A DNA stretch of 64,000 nt from the human T2T-CHM13v2.0 reference genome, Homo sapiens. The notes below the pieces were generated by a model. The model was not told the origin of the DNA. It saw only the letters and a program-made list of their open reading frames with translations, and made no database searches. The stretch lies in assembly GCF_009914755.1 (NCBI RefSeq), contig NC_060934.1; one strand, written 5' to 3'. Every line of letters begins with the position of its first letter. Position 1 is the first letter of the stretch. A program made the translations under genes and the position numbers. Below, piece by piece: positions 25,404 to 38,191 of this stretch.

Positions 25404-26569
25404 TCATACTCCTATATTTTAATGGGTAAGTTAGTACCACCAAGTTTTCTGTACTTCATTGTCTTTGTCCATACATAGGTATTCCTAATTGCATCTAGAT
25501 TGAGTATATAATTAAAATTTCCATATGTATGGTTTATTAAACTTTTCTTATCAGATAGAGATTTTTGGATCAATTGCAGATCTCTGCAATGGGAGCCTGG
25601 AAATTTATGTCTGTAACATCTCTTGGCCAAGTCATCATATTGTAAACCCATAAAATTGTAACAAACTCTTTATGCAGATTCTTCTTTCATTGTATCTAGG
25701 AGGTTTGTTATTAATCTATCTTCCTCTCTTAAAAAGTGTTCCTCAGGCACATTTCTGGTTAAGAAAAATTTGAGCACTTACTGAGTCAATTGTATTTCCA
25801 TTCCCCATTAATCCATGATTAATATATAACAAGTAAAGTACTTTATTTGTTCAAGTGCTAATTTTGATATGGATGGCTCCCCATAGTCTACATACTTTTG
25901 CTAGTAGAAAGTCCAAAGCAAAAATAATTTAGCAATAATGAAGATAAACTATAAGTAGTTGTCTCAAAACTGACTGAATAAGGCTAACGGAAGAAAAATT
26001 ATACATTTTTAACTTATGTATCTGATAGTGACTTCCTCTTATAAAGAATCATGAAAAGGCATATTGTTATGAATATTCAAAAGGATTTTTAATGGCTTAA
26101 TAATTTTTCTTCCTTTGTTTCTAGGAAAAGTAGTCATAACACATGCCAAAATAGAGTATCACACTTGTCAGAAGCAGATAAAATAATGTATAACTTGACA
26201 TGTCTATCTTTCATAGCATTGACTAAGGCAGACCAGCCATCAAAGAAAAGCATTACTCCCATCTGGATTTTAATATAGAAATATCATAGAACTTGCATAA
26301 TATGGACTCCCCTGATTACAGTTAGAATGTCCAAAGTATAAATGTCACTTACCAGGAGTCATCACTATCAAAAGCTTGTCTTAAAATCTATTTGAAATAG
26401 ATAATATATTAGCTCCAGATTTTCCCAGCATGATGTTAATACTCACTTATATTCTCTGAGTATATAGACATAAGTAGTTGACAAAGTCACCTGGAGGAAA
26501 GAGGAAAAAGCTGATTTTGCTCATTTTATTTTTGCTTCACATGGAACAAAGTGATCCTTTTGCTGGTGA

Positions 26570-26970
26570 CACTCCTTTTTCCTCTCTGACACACCCTCTG
26601 GTCTTTTCCTGCTCTGTGCTCTAGAGTGCTGACCCCTATAGACATCATTTGGACTTTCTTCCTTGCATTTGGCCAATGGGAGACACTGGCAGGAATTGGA
26701 AGGCAGGAGACTGAGACTAGGGTATTTATTTCCTCTCCTTCTTTGTGTGTCATCTACAGCTTTTGGTGGATGCGCTCAACATTTACAGCTTCTAGAGAAT
26801 GCTTCCTCTTCCATAGTTCAACATTTTCTGAAGGCTCCTGTTGTACAGTTGCCTTCTCTCCTTTCATCAGACTAGGGATGGAAATGACTTTCTTTTGTTG
26901 CTAGTCCCACGATGTCACCATTTCCTGTGGTTTAATTAACCATACCTACATCTCTGTAAAGTTATCTTAA
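26570..26970 (+). mobile_element. LTR33-like ERVL solo LTR
   Basis: 'cctgctctgtgc...gctgacccctatagacatca...tttggccaatgggagacactggcaggaattggaaggcaggag...gggtatttatttcc'. Confidence 0.65.
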
Positions 26971-28054
26971 TAGTTCCCTTTAGAACCAGTAAATCAGTAA
27001 GGGTCCCAGCAGGAAGTAGCAAATTCTAAAGGTTCAACTAAATAGCCCCAAGAAAACATTCAAGCCTCTTAATTTTTGTTTATTTTTAAGATATAGTGCA
27101 TTGTTTCCCTGGAAATAAACAGTAAAAGGATTTGTTACTAAACTAATTATCTTCCCCTTTGAATTTGCAGAAAGCAGAAATATTATATACAGGTAAATTA
27201 TTTGTAGCCATTTTTTCTTGCCATGACATATACCTCACATAACTGTCACATGTTCAATTCAGAACTATACACTAGATAAGGATAATATTTATACAAATGA
27301 AGGATTTGCCCTTTCCTTTCCTGCTTAAAAAAGAGTATCATAGAGCAAATGTGTGAGAATAAGGTTGTCATAAGTACAATCTTGACACTGTACTTCTTTA
27401 TTTTTAAAGAAAAGAATTTTCAAAGTTTATTAGCAGTATCCTGTGATTTTCAAAACACCACAGATTCTCTTGGTCACACATACCACAGCAAAGGACAAGT
27501 TTTCTAGAGACACAGAGGGAAAGATAACTTTTATTCCAAGAACTTCTACTGGGGGATGAGTGACAAATTGTCTTATTGCTTCCACTTGTTAAAATAATCC
27601 CTTAATTCCAAGTTAAAGCAATGTGAATTCAGCAACACTGACACGAAGGCAGCTATGATAGCCTTTTCAAAACTATTTTTGAACTATGTTGAGATGATTT
27701 AGTTACCTGGAATTAAACTGAAATTCAGAAATCATAAATATTGTTAGATATTTAAGAAGGCAAAAAAAAAACACAGAAAGTAGAAGTGATGTCTTTTTAA
27801 CCAATCACCCTAAGATTCATCTCTTTAGATATTGATAGCTATCATAACATTCTTTAATTGAAAAGTGTCTATTGATCATCTACGAAAGCCAGGTTCGGAG
27901 TAAAATATGCATTCTAATGAGCGACTCATTAATGGCAGCCAGCAAATAATCCGAACATAAATCTTCATTCTCTAAACAGTTTTGGTTCTTAGTCAAGAAA
28001 TAAGCAAATAAATTTGATTAGTATTATCTTTGTTAGTGAATACCCTCATAAATA

Positions 28055-29203
28055 CAGTCACGTGCCACATAGTGACATTTTAGTCAATGAGAGACCACAT
28101 ATGGGATGGTGGCCCCATAAGACTGTAATGGAGCTGAAAAATTCCTATCACCTAGTAATGTAGCTGGCATAACATTGTAATAATTAGGTCGAGTATTTAG
28201 TATTTGATAATGATAATGAATGACTACCTTAGTGATTTATTTTTACCATACTATACTTTGTATCATTATTTCAGAATGTGATTGTTCTACTGATATATAA
28301 AAAATAACTATAAAACAACCTCACGAAGGTACTTCAGAAGGTATTTTCGAAGAAGGCATTGCTATCATAGGAGATAATAGCTCCATGCATATTCTTGCCC
28401 TGGAAGGCCTTCTAGTGGGCTAAGAGATGGAGGTTGGGAGACAGTGACATGGGTGACTCTGACCTTATGTAGGCCTAAGCTAATATGTGTGTTTGTGTCT
28501 TAGTTTTTAACAAAAAAGTTTAAAAAGTTAATAAAAATAAAAATAAAAATATTTAAAGTAGAAAAAACTTACAGAATAAGGATACAAAGAAAGAAAATAT
28601 TTTTGTATACTTGTAAAATGTATTTGTGTTTTAAGCTAAGTGTTATTACAAAAGAGCTAAAAAGTTTCAAAAATGTAAAACCTTATAAAGTAAAAAAGTT
28701 ACAGTAAGTTAAGGTTAATTTATTATTGATGAATGAATAATTATTTTTTATAAATTTAGTATAGCCTAAGTGTACCATGTTTATAAAGTCTATAGTAGTT
28801 TACAGTTATGTCTCAGGCCTTTGCATTCACTCACCATTCACTTACTGATTCACCCAAAGCAACTTCGTTTTCCTGCAAGCTCTATTCATGGTAAGCGCCA
28901 TATAAAAGTGTATCTTTTTAAAAAATCTTTTATACAATTTTTGCTGTACCCTTTCCATGTTTAGATATGTTTAGATAAATAAATACTTACCATTGTGTTA
29001 TGATTGCCTAAAGTATTCAGCACAGTAACATGCTGTACAGTTTTGTAACACAGGGGCAATAGGCTACGCCTTATAGCCTAGGTGTATAGTAAGCTATAAC
29101 ATCTGGGTTTGTGTCAGTACACTCTCAATGTTTCCACAACACTGAAATCACCTTAAGACACGTTTCTCAGAATGTACCTCCATTGTTAGGCAATTCATGA
29201 CTG
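28055..29203 (+). mobile_element. Tigger3b (Golem/MER7-type) non-autonomous DNA transposon
   Basis: TIRs cagtcacgtg...catgactg with TA on both sides; 'ccataagactgtaatggagctgaaaaattcctatcaccta'. Confidence 0.9.
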
Positions 29204-29885
29204 TATATTGTAATTTTTATATTTCAACTTTATATGATATTTCTTTTCTTGATATCACGATACTCTGACATATTCACAAAAGGAACTGTACTTATATCTT
29301 TATGTCGTTAAAGGGTTCACATATAGCTCGAGGTAACCATATAGACTTGCACACACTTTTCCCCCACAAATTTAAATTTCACCATCTGTTAACCATATTA
29401 AGACTAATTAGCAAAAATCACTGCATGCTGCATCTTCAACAAGAGACACCATAGAGACATTCAGAGTTATTTTAAAGAATCAGCTCTGCAAATAAGACTT
29501 TAATGTGAAGGAGTGCATTTATTATAAAGTTTTACACACTACTCACAGTTTCAATATTTCTTGTTTGCTTCTACTTTAGAGAAAAATGAACGATTTTATG
29601 GAAAAATAAGTTGGATTGAACCTTCATTTTTCCCTGTATGTTTTCCTCAAAATAGCAGGCAAAGTAACTCAAATCCCAACATCATAAATGCTATAAAACA
29701 ACCACTTTAAATAAAAGGTATTATTATTAATGAACCCCATTTTCAGCTAAATCAGCTGATGTTTCAAAAGTTTTTGTCTAGCTTATTCATTTACTGAACT
29801 AGTAAGTGAGAGAGTCAGGATTTTGAACACCAAATTCAATTCCCAATCTCCTTCAAATGTACTAGAAGCATCCCATCCAACATTA

Positions 29886-30231
29886 TGTAAAAAAGAAAAA
29901 ACTTTTGACCAATTAAATTGAACAATTTTTTTTTTTATTTTGAGCAAAGAATGATTCATCAATTGGGCAGCCCTCAGAACCAGAAGAGGTTGAAAGAGCT
30001 TCTCTCTGAAGGTAGGCAGAGAGTATTTATAGATAGAAAAGGAAGTGAGGTGCAAAAAATAGCATGGTCTGATCAGTTGACAGCCTGTGATTGGCTGAGA
30101 CTCAACTATTTTTATTTAAAAAAATACTCCTAAATTAGGTTTTCAGTCTGTGTACATACCAAGTTAGGTTGCAGTTCCTTGAGCAGGGACTCAAGGTATG
30201 GAGGCAGCCTCAGGCCAAATTCAGTTTAACA
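29886..30231 (-). mobile_element. MER93/MER57-like ERV1 solo LTR
   Basis: TG...CA ends; 'tgattggctgagactca', 'aagttaggttgcagtt', 'ggaggcagcctcaggccaaatt'; 4-bp TSD atta. Confidence 0.8.
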
Positions 30232-31351
30232 ATTACACAAGCAAAGGCATGGCAGCATTGAGAGCACTGGCAAATCCTAAAATTGATTTAATAGTCAGCA
30301 TAACCATATGTTCAGAATAAAATGGGTTAAAGTATGATTTATTTTAGCGCCAGATAACTGCTTTGCTAATGTTAGTCAGCAAAATAATCACAAAAGAGGA
30401 ATGTATATTAAATGCAGGTTAAAGGCAGATTTCTTCACCCCTTTCCCCAAGAATCTGATTAAACGGGTCCGAAATGCAGTCTAAGAATCAGTTTTTAGTA
30501 ATCACACTGGACAATAGCATGTAAGAATACAAAGACAACTCTGGGAAATATTGACATAGAAAATGAAAGGGTATGTCCTCAGATTTCCTACTGATCACCT
30601 AAATAATCACAGTATTTCCAATGCAAACAAATCAGCTCAATAAAAATTTATCATTGATAATGTTTATTACATCTAATCCTAAAATTATTCAATATAAAAA
30701 TCATTAAATTGAGAAGAGATTGGAGATTTGCAGATTTAATAACCTGGCATTATAAATAAATAATCTTAGATTTGTTACTAACTGAAGATATTACCAGTGA
30801 ATATTGTCAAGATGATAAAGGAGTGCAGTGTCTGGCAGAGTGCTCCAGAATTCAATGAAAGAAAATTTCTTGTTTAACAAACGAGACATATACTCAAAAC
30901 TAATCTCTCACTTAAAGAAAAAGTGGATAAAGGAAACTCAAAAAGGTTGGAAAATGTTCTTTGGGTTTCTTTTATCCTTATAAGCTGTAATTACAAATTT
31001 CAATAAGTAATCTTCAGGACCCCAGTCATACTTCCAAAAAGAGAGCAGCAGTATTTCCAATATTCTGCACCCCCCACCTCCCCACAGGTGCCATCTGGGG
31101 TTACACCCTAAGGGCAGAGGTGCTTCAGGCAATTACTTACTGCCTGTGGCTAGCAGCATAACTGGGAGAAGCTGATCTCATGTATATTACTTCGTATCTA
31201 GAAGTCTCTTGAACTACAAAAGAGATCACTAACACACACTAATTTCAGTTACTTTATTCTCCTGGCTTTAAGGACAGGTCATGAAATGCAGGTTATCACA
31301 GGATATGGAGGTTAAATAATGGAACTAAGTGATTTATTAAAAAGAAAACTC

Positions 31352-31640
31352 CTCAGCCTATAATCCCAGCACTTTGGGAGGCAGAGACAGTTGGATTACT
31401 TGAGGCCAGGAGTTTGAAACCAGCCTGGGCAACATGGTGAAACCTAGTCTCTAAGAGAAATACAAAAAATAGCCAGGCGTGATGGTGTGTGCCTATAGTC
31501 CCAGCTTCTTGGGAGGCTGAGGTGGGAGGATCACCTGAGTCCTGGAGGTTGAGTCTGTGGTGAGCCATGATTCCACCAATGGGCAACAGAGCAATACCCT
31601 GTCTCAAAAAACAAACACACAAACAAAAAAAAAAAAACCA
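31352..31640 (+). mobile_element. AluJ, slightly 5'-truncated with a small internal deletion
   Basis: 'acttgaggccaggagtttga', 'gggaggatcacctgag'; its TSD aagaaaa(c/g)tcct closes only after the following AluSp. Confidence 0.92.
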
Positions 31641-31649
31641 AAGAAGAAG

Positions 31650-31966
<317 letters not shown>

Positions 31967-33360
31967 CCTTAATAGAGATTAATAGGGATATATTTAATCT
32001 GTGTATGTACATGTGTATCATGATGGGGCGGGGGCAGTGACTGGTGCATGTTGCTGACTTAAGGTATTATTAAATAAAACCTATGTCATTTGAGGATCAT
32101 CAATGTGTAGGTTTGGTCTGAAAAATATTACTTAGCTGTACAGAGCATGAATAGTAAGTTCAGTAAAGCAAAATCCAAATAAATCTGTAAAATCTGTATA
32201 GTTAGGGACTATTAGGATTCAAATTGAGTTTGATACTCATTCCAGTGTTGCTAAAAGAGGACAGTTACAGTTGAACTCTCCTTCTCACTAAAAAGCTCCC
32301 AGCCTTCAGTAGCATCATCAAATCATCTAGAAACTTTTAATCTATGAAGTTTTGATAATCTAGACTATTTGATGTATAGCCTATTTCCTTACTCAATAAA
32401 GAATGTAAATTATAGATAGGGATCTCACCAAAAGTTGACCTAAGAAAGTTAAAAGCCCCTTATTCAACCAGTTTCTTTTAATTTCTGGCAATGTTATCCA
32501 TACGCAGCTAAGATGAGTTTTAAAAAGTTTAAAAAGGCTTTACTTTAGTGATCAGTCTTTTCCTCATGCACATTCACATTATATCTGAATGAATTTCTAA
32601 GTGATACTGCTTTGATTTATTGTTACAAAATAAAAGCCAACATAGAGGGCTGACCATAAATATAAGGTAGAAACACTAAACCTTATTTTGCAGTCCTGTA
32701 AAGAGAGTCATGTGGTTTCACATCTATCATATCACAGTGCCTTAAATCCCACTATTGCTCTACCTTGTCACAGTGCCATGAAATCTCACCAGTTCTTATA
32801 CTTAGGACATCTTCTCCAAAGCTCCTGGATAGAAATGCACATATGAATGGTAACTTATCCAGCTAGGAGCACCCAGTACTCCCCACTGTGAGTAACCAAT
32901 TAGACTGGAATGAAGCAAAAGTGAATTCTGATTGACAGAATTTAAGGAGGAAGAACAATGAAAGCAGGGATGATCAGAGGCTGGAGTAGAGCAGCCTAAA
33001 TGGCACACCAGAGCAATATCCTGTGGTGCAGGACAGACAATACAATGGTCCTGTGGATGAGGATAGGGTGTGCAGAGAAAGGGGCCCAGAAAGAACACAA
33101 GGTAAGAGATGGAACTAGAAGTACATATAAGTATAATGTAGAATGTTATAGGCAGCCAAATCATGTTGAAGAAGAACATCTAATAATGTGAGCTTGTAAT
33201 TAAAATATATCAACTGCAAAAAGCTGGTACAAATGACAATGTATAGTCTGATTTTATATTTGTATAAAATAATAAGCAAATTTCTAGGAGATCTTTGGCC
33301 AATTAGAATAACAAATAATTGGGTAAGTACGTGTCTTGAGATTGAACTAGAAATAAATGC

Positions 33361-33392
<32 letters not shown>

Positions 33393-33415
33393 CAAATATA
33401 TATATATATATATAT
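33361..33415. repeat. (TA)n microsatellite, interrupted
   Basis: Two (at)n runs separated by 'aaatacaa'. Confidence 0.95.
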
Positions 33416-34398
33416 CTCATTCTGTTAATTTCTGAATATCTTTTTGGTTCTGATCCCACTATTTAGAAAATAACAAGAAAGAAAGTGTCCAATGGTAGAG
33501 TTTAATAATTTACTACTGCTGCAAAGGCAGTGAGAGCACTAGCTCTCAAAAGCAGTGCTGAATTCTGAATGATCATCCAGATCCCGAGGGATTTTTCAGG
33601 CTCTTAGGGGCTTTTGATGTCTGTTTTCCTGACATTGAAGCATTTCTTTTATTCTTGTATGGCTGAACCATAGTGTTCAGCGTTCTTAAGTTTACATAAA
33701 CCCTCAAATGCCTTTTCCCACATACCTCCAATTTTTGATTTCTTGGGTAAATCCCTATTTCATGCACCACAAATTTCAACATAGGTGTGGAGTCAACTAT
33801 AAATTTTCTCGTTATAGGTAGATAGATGTAGTTTAAAATTAATATACAAATAGAGATAGATGTAGATCTGTAGATCTATAGATATTTAAATAGATATCAT
33901 ATCTATATCTCTATATATCATCAGGTAGATAAGTAGATAGATAGATGTAAGGCAATTAAATAGCTCCAAATGTTGATAAAGATATAGTACAATGAGAACT
34001 ATTACATGAATACATCTAAATCAGTACAAGGACTTTGAGAAATAATATGGCATATTTTGTAAAGTTGAAACTGCACATTCTCACCAATCATTATTTTCAC
34101 TCTTAGGTATCTACACTCTGAAAAAACTCTTTCATCACTGCACCAAAAGACATAAAAAAAAATGTTTGTAGCAGCATTCCTTATAATAGCAAAAATCTGA
34201 AAACAAACTAAATGTCCACTGACAGAAGGGATAATAAATTACGGTATATTTTGATACAGCCTTGGAAATAAATGAGCCACCTGTATCAACATGAATGAAT
34301 CACATCAACAATGTTGCTTCATAAAATAACGTCACAGTAGAAGAAACTCAGTCTAACACCATTTATATAAATTTCAAAATGTATAAAACTAAAGAGCA

Positions 34399-34720
34399 CA
34401 GTGGCCTTCCCTTATCCACAATTTTGCATTTTACAGTTTCAGTTACCCTTGGTATAATGCAATAAGCTACTGTATAACAGAGAGAAATAAAGGCCTCATT
34501 CACATAACTTTTATTGCTGTATATAATTATTACAATTGCTCTATTTCATTAGTTATTGTTGATATCTTACTGGGCCTAATTTATAAATTAACCTTTATCA
34601 TATGTATGTATGTGTGTGTAGGAAAAACATAGTATATGTAGAGTTCATTCAGTACTATCAGTGGTTTCAGGCACCTACTGGGGATCTTGGAAGCATGCCT
34701 CATGGATAATGGGGGCTTAC
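34399..34720 (+). mobile_element. MER44A (Tigger7-derived MITE)
   Basis: 'cccttatccac...tttcagttaccc...cattcacataacttttatt...gcctaatttataaatta...ggtttcaggcacctactggggatcttggaa...ggataatggggg'. Confidence 0.85.
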
Positions 34721-34891
34721 GAGCCCCCATTTCATATGGGAATGCTCGCCTATTTTATAATTATTCTTTAAGTAAAAGAATGATGATAATCATACACCCC
34801 ATATAGTGGCTATCCTGATTGGGAAGGAAGGGAGGATGTGATCAGGGAAAAACACAAGGCTTCAATAGTGTTGTTTTATAAGCTGTGTGGT

Positions 34892-35329
34892 TGTTAAAAA
34901 AATACTTTAGACAAATTAAATTTAGCCAAGTTTATTTGAGCAAAGAAATGATTCATGAATCAGGCAGCAGTCCTGACCAAAAATGGTTTATAACGATCCA
35001 TCCCACCCACCACATGTGCAGGTTATATTTATATCCAGAGAAAAGGTAGTGACATACAGAAATAATCTAAATGGTTACAGTCGGCATTTGTCTTATATGG
35101 TAATGTTTCGTTAGCCTTCAGCCTCTGATTGGCTGGGGGCTTAGCTGCTATGATTAGCTGAGACTTGGCTATTTGTTAGAAGAGTATACTTTCATGTTGC
35201 GTTACAGTCTGTTTATACATCAAGTTCACTACCTACAAGTTCACAGTTCACTACCTACAGAGAAAACTTTAGGCCAAACTTAAAATATGTGTGAAGGTAG
35301 GTTTAGGCCAAACATATTTCAATTTAACA
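34892..35329 (-). mobile_element. MER57/MER93-like ERV1 solo LTR
   Basis: Ends tgttaaaa...tttaaca; 'tttatttgagcaaagaaatgattcatgaatcaggcagc'; exact 5-bp TSD gtggt. Confidence 0.8.
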
Positions 35330-35616
35330 GTGGTGAAACATATTTGACCATTTTATTATATTTTATAACATATATATTTCATTTATATATTGAATATTTC
35401 AGAATAAACAGATTTAAGACATGATAAAATGATTTTAAACCGAGTCAGAAATCTCTGTGCCTTCAAGAGGAAAAAGTACTATATAATGTGAATACTAATA
35501 TGTATGTCATTTGATTAGGAGACAAATGGTACTATTGACAGATAAAAGTAGAAACTATTTAATATTGCTTATAATAATATGATATAATAATGAGATATAT
35601 GTCAAATAATCATCAT

Positions 35617-35699
35617 AGTTAATTGTTAATCTCTTAATGTGCCTAATTTATAAATTAACCTTTATCATATATATGTATGTATAGGAAAAAACATAGTAT
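35617..35699 (+). mobile_element. Orphan internal MER44 fragment
   Basis: Closely matches 34551-34635 ('gcctaatttataaattaacctttatcata...taggaaaaa(a)catagtat'). Confidence 0.8.
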
Positions 35700-35782
35700 T
35701 TTAAACATTTAATGTATATTAACTATTCTCCTCTTGGTCATCATCACAAAATAAGCATTTGGCTTTTGGAATAATAATTATG

Positions 35783-35968
35783 AGGCCATAGAGCATATGA
35801 TTAAGAGTGTTTGTGTGTGTGTGTGTGTTAGAGAACCTGGGTTTGAATCTCAGCTTCAGGTCACTAGCTATGTGACTTTTGCTAATTTTCTGCCATGTGA
35901 CTCAGTTTCTTTATTTTTAAAATTAACATAAGAAATCTTAGTGTGATTGTGAAGGGTAAATGAGATAA
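35783..35968 (+). mobile_element. MIR with an embedded (TG)n
   Basis: 'acctgggtttgaatctcagctt...actagctatgtgacttt...ctcagtttctttatt...gattgtgaagggtaaatgagataa'. Confidence 0.75.
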
Positions 35969-37671
35969 AAATAGGCAAATAACATTTATTTAATAATTTT
36001 TATTTGCCAGGTACTGTGTTGAGTCTTCATATAAAGTAATACAAATAAGAAAATAACAGCACGACTAATTTCCTGGATTATTCTACTCATGTTTATAAGT
36101 AGCTGATCAAGGCATTAAGCTCCCGCAGGGAGATTGTAAAATCACTGCATCTAATATAAGTGACTCTGTGTCTTGAACTCTATTCCAGGCTTTAAAACAA
36201 AGCAAAATATACTTAAACCTAAAAGGTATTCACAATATTTTCATATAATCTAAGCAAGTTTTATCAGCTCCTTATCTCTAATTTTGATGTCATATTTCAA
36301 TCACGCTGGTTCTTGGTATAGTTGCTTTGATACACTGAGGCAAATGCTTTTATGTTTACCAAGAGAAATATGTTAAAGTCACTTTTTAATGTTGTAACTT
36401 TTGCTTAAATATTTATAAGCTTGTTATGAGGCTTGTGGCAATATATTAGATATATTAGAATTGATATATTATGAGGTATGTGGCAATTTAGAATTGATAT
36501 TTTGGTGACTTGTTCATTTTATTGTTATGACATTGCTCTCAATCTATAGCAATATTTCTTACCTTGAAATCGGTTTTGTCTTTTGGTCAGTGTTTGAATG
36601 GTATGTTTTGTTCTTTTTCCATAGATTTTATTTCAAAACATTTCTGCCTTTTAATTAATGATGTCTCTTGTAAGCATCATATTGTTGAGTTTTATACTTT
36701 ATGTAGTCTAATGATTTTCTTTTTAGTAAAATAGTTCGTATACATGTTATGTAATCATCGATCTATTTGGTTACATATCTACCATTTATTACTTTTTATT
36801 TGTCCCATTATTCCCCTTTTTGTCTCCTTTCTTGTCTCGTATTAGATTAATGAAGTATTTTTTTTTTGCTAATCCATTATCTTTTCTATTTGCAGATTAT
36901 TTATACTTTAAAAAAATTTCTTTCAAAAATACCCCAGAAATTATATCATTATGTTTCCCCAAGTGGAAACCTAAACTTTATTCTTTTATTACCTCAGGCA
37001 ATACTGAGATACTAAAATATTTTTATTTCATTTCACCATCACCTGTGGTGTTCTTGTGACATATTTTATTTTTATGTGTATTTTAAACCTGATAGGACAG
37101 TAAGAGTATTTTGTACAGTCAACATTAATTTAGATTTACTTCATGTGGTGATATATAGATACTAATTATAATATTCAAGGCAGCCACTAAGATAATAATT
37201 AAAAATATGAATAAAAGAAACAATGAGATAATTTAATATAATTACTGATAAATTAGGACTCATGTCTTCTATTTTCCGATTGTTTTCTATATGTCCTGCC
37301 TTTTTTGTTTCTCCATTTCTACACTACTGAATTTTTGAATGTCAACTAGGTATGTTCTAGTTTACTATTTTAATTATGTTGTTGTTTCTTTAATTCTGTA
37401 TATTTTAGTTATTTTCCTAGTCGTTGCCTTGGGTATTACAATTAGCATCTTAACAAAAAAAAATCTAGTTTTATTACTAATTTAATTTCAGTAGTATACA
37501 GAATTTTTTCCATATAGCCCCATTCCTTTCAATTTCCTTAGTGCTGTTTCTGTAATACATATTGCAATTTTATACAGTAGAACCCAACAGAGTTTTTATA
37601 GTTATTGCTTTATACAGCTACCTTTTAAATCGGACAGAAGAGTTACAAATATATATTTATACTTACTCTCC

Positions 37672-38191
37672 TTTATATTTATCTATATTGACCTGCAAGA
37701 AATTGCCACAAAGTTGGTGGCCTAAAACAACATACATTTGTTCTATCCCATTTCTGGAGATCAGAAGCTTGAAGTCAGTTTCCCTGGCCAAAGTACATTT
37801 CTTGGCAGGCCCAGTTCTTTCTAGTGGCTCTGAGGTGAGAATCTTTTTCCTTGAGTTTTTCAGCTTCTAGTGGCCCACCCTATTTCTTGGCTTGTGGCCT
37901 CTTCCTTTGTCTTCGTAGCGCATCATTCCAATCTGTTTTCCATCATCGCATTGCCTTCTCAGCCTATGTAGTCGAGTCTTCCTTATAAAATACTTGTGAT
38001 TATAATTAGAGCCTCTTATAAAAATACTTGTGATTATAATTAGAGCCTACCTAGTAATCTAGTATACTTTTTCCATCTCAAGATTCTTTATTTAAACACA
38101 TTGCAAAGTCCTTTTGTCAAATAGAGCGACATTTACAGGTTCTAGGGGTTAAGAAATTGATATCTTTAGGGGCTATTATTCAGCCTGCCAC
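37672..38191 (-). mobile_element. MLT1D/E-like MaLR solo LTR
   Basis: 'aaattgccacaaagttggtggcctaaaacaaca...ttctggagatcagaag...ttcagcttctagtggc...ttattcagcctgccaca'. Confidence 0.8.
37982..38048. repeat. 33/34-bp tandem duplication inside the MLT1 LTR
   Basis: cttataaaa(a)tacttgtgattataattagagcct x2. Confidence 0.95.

Larger units (their letters stand above)
33960..35400 (+). mobile_element. L1ME-type 3' fragment, interrupted by MER44A and a MER57/93-like LTR
   Basis: 'aatgtttgtagcagcattccttataatagcaaaaatctgaaaacaaactaaatgtccac', 'ccatttatataaatttcaaaa'. Confidence 0.65.

Noticed and set aside
33815-33950. Short palindromes in a (TAGA/TATC)-rich patch
   Set aside because: Low-complexity sequence beside an old L1; self-complementarity is expected from composition.
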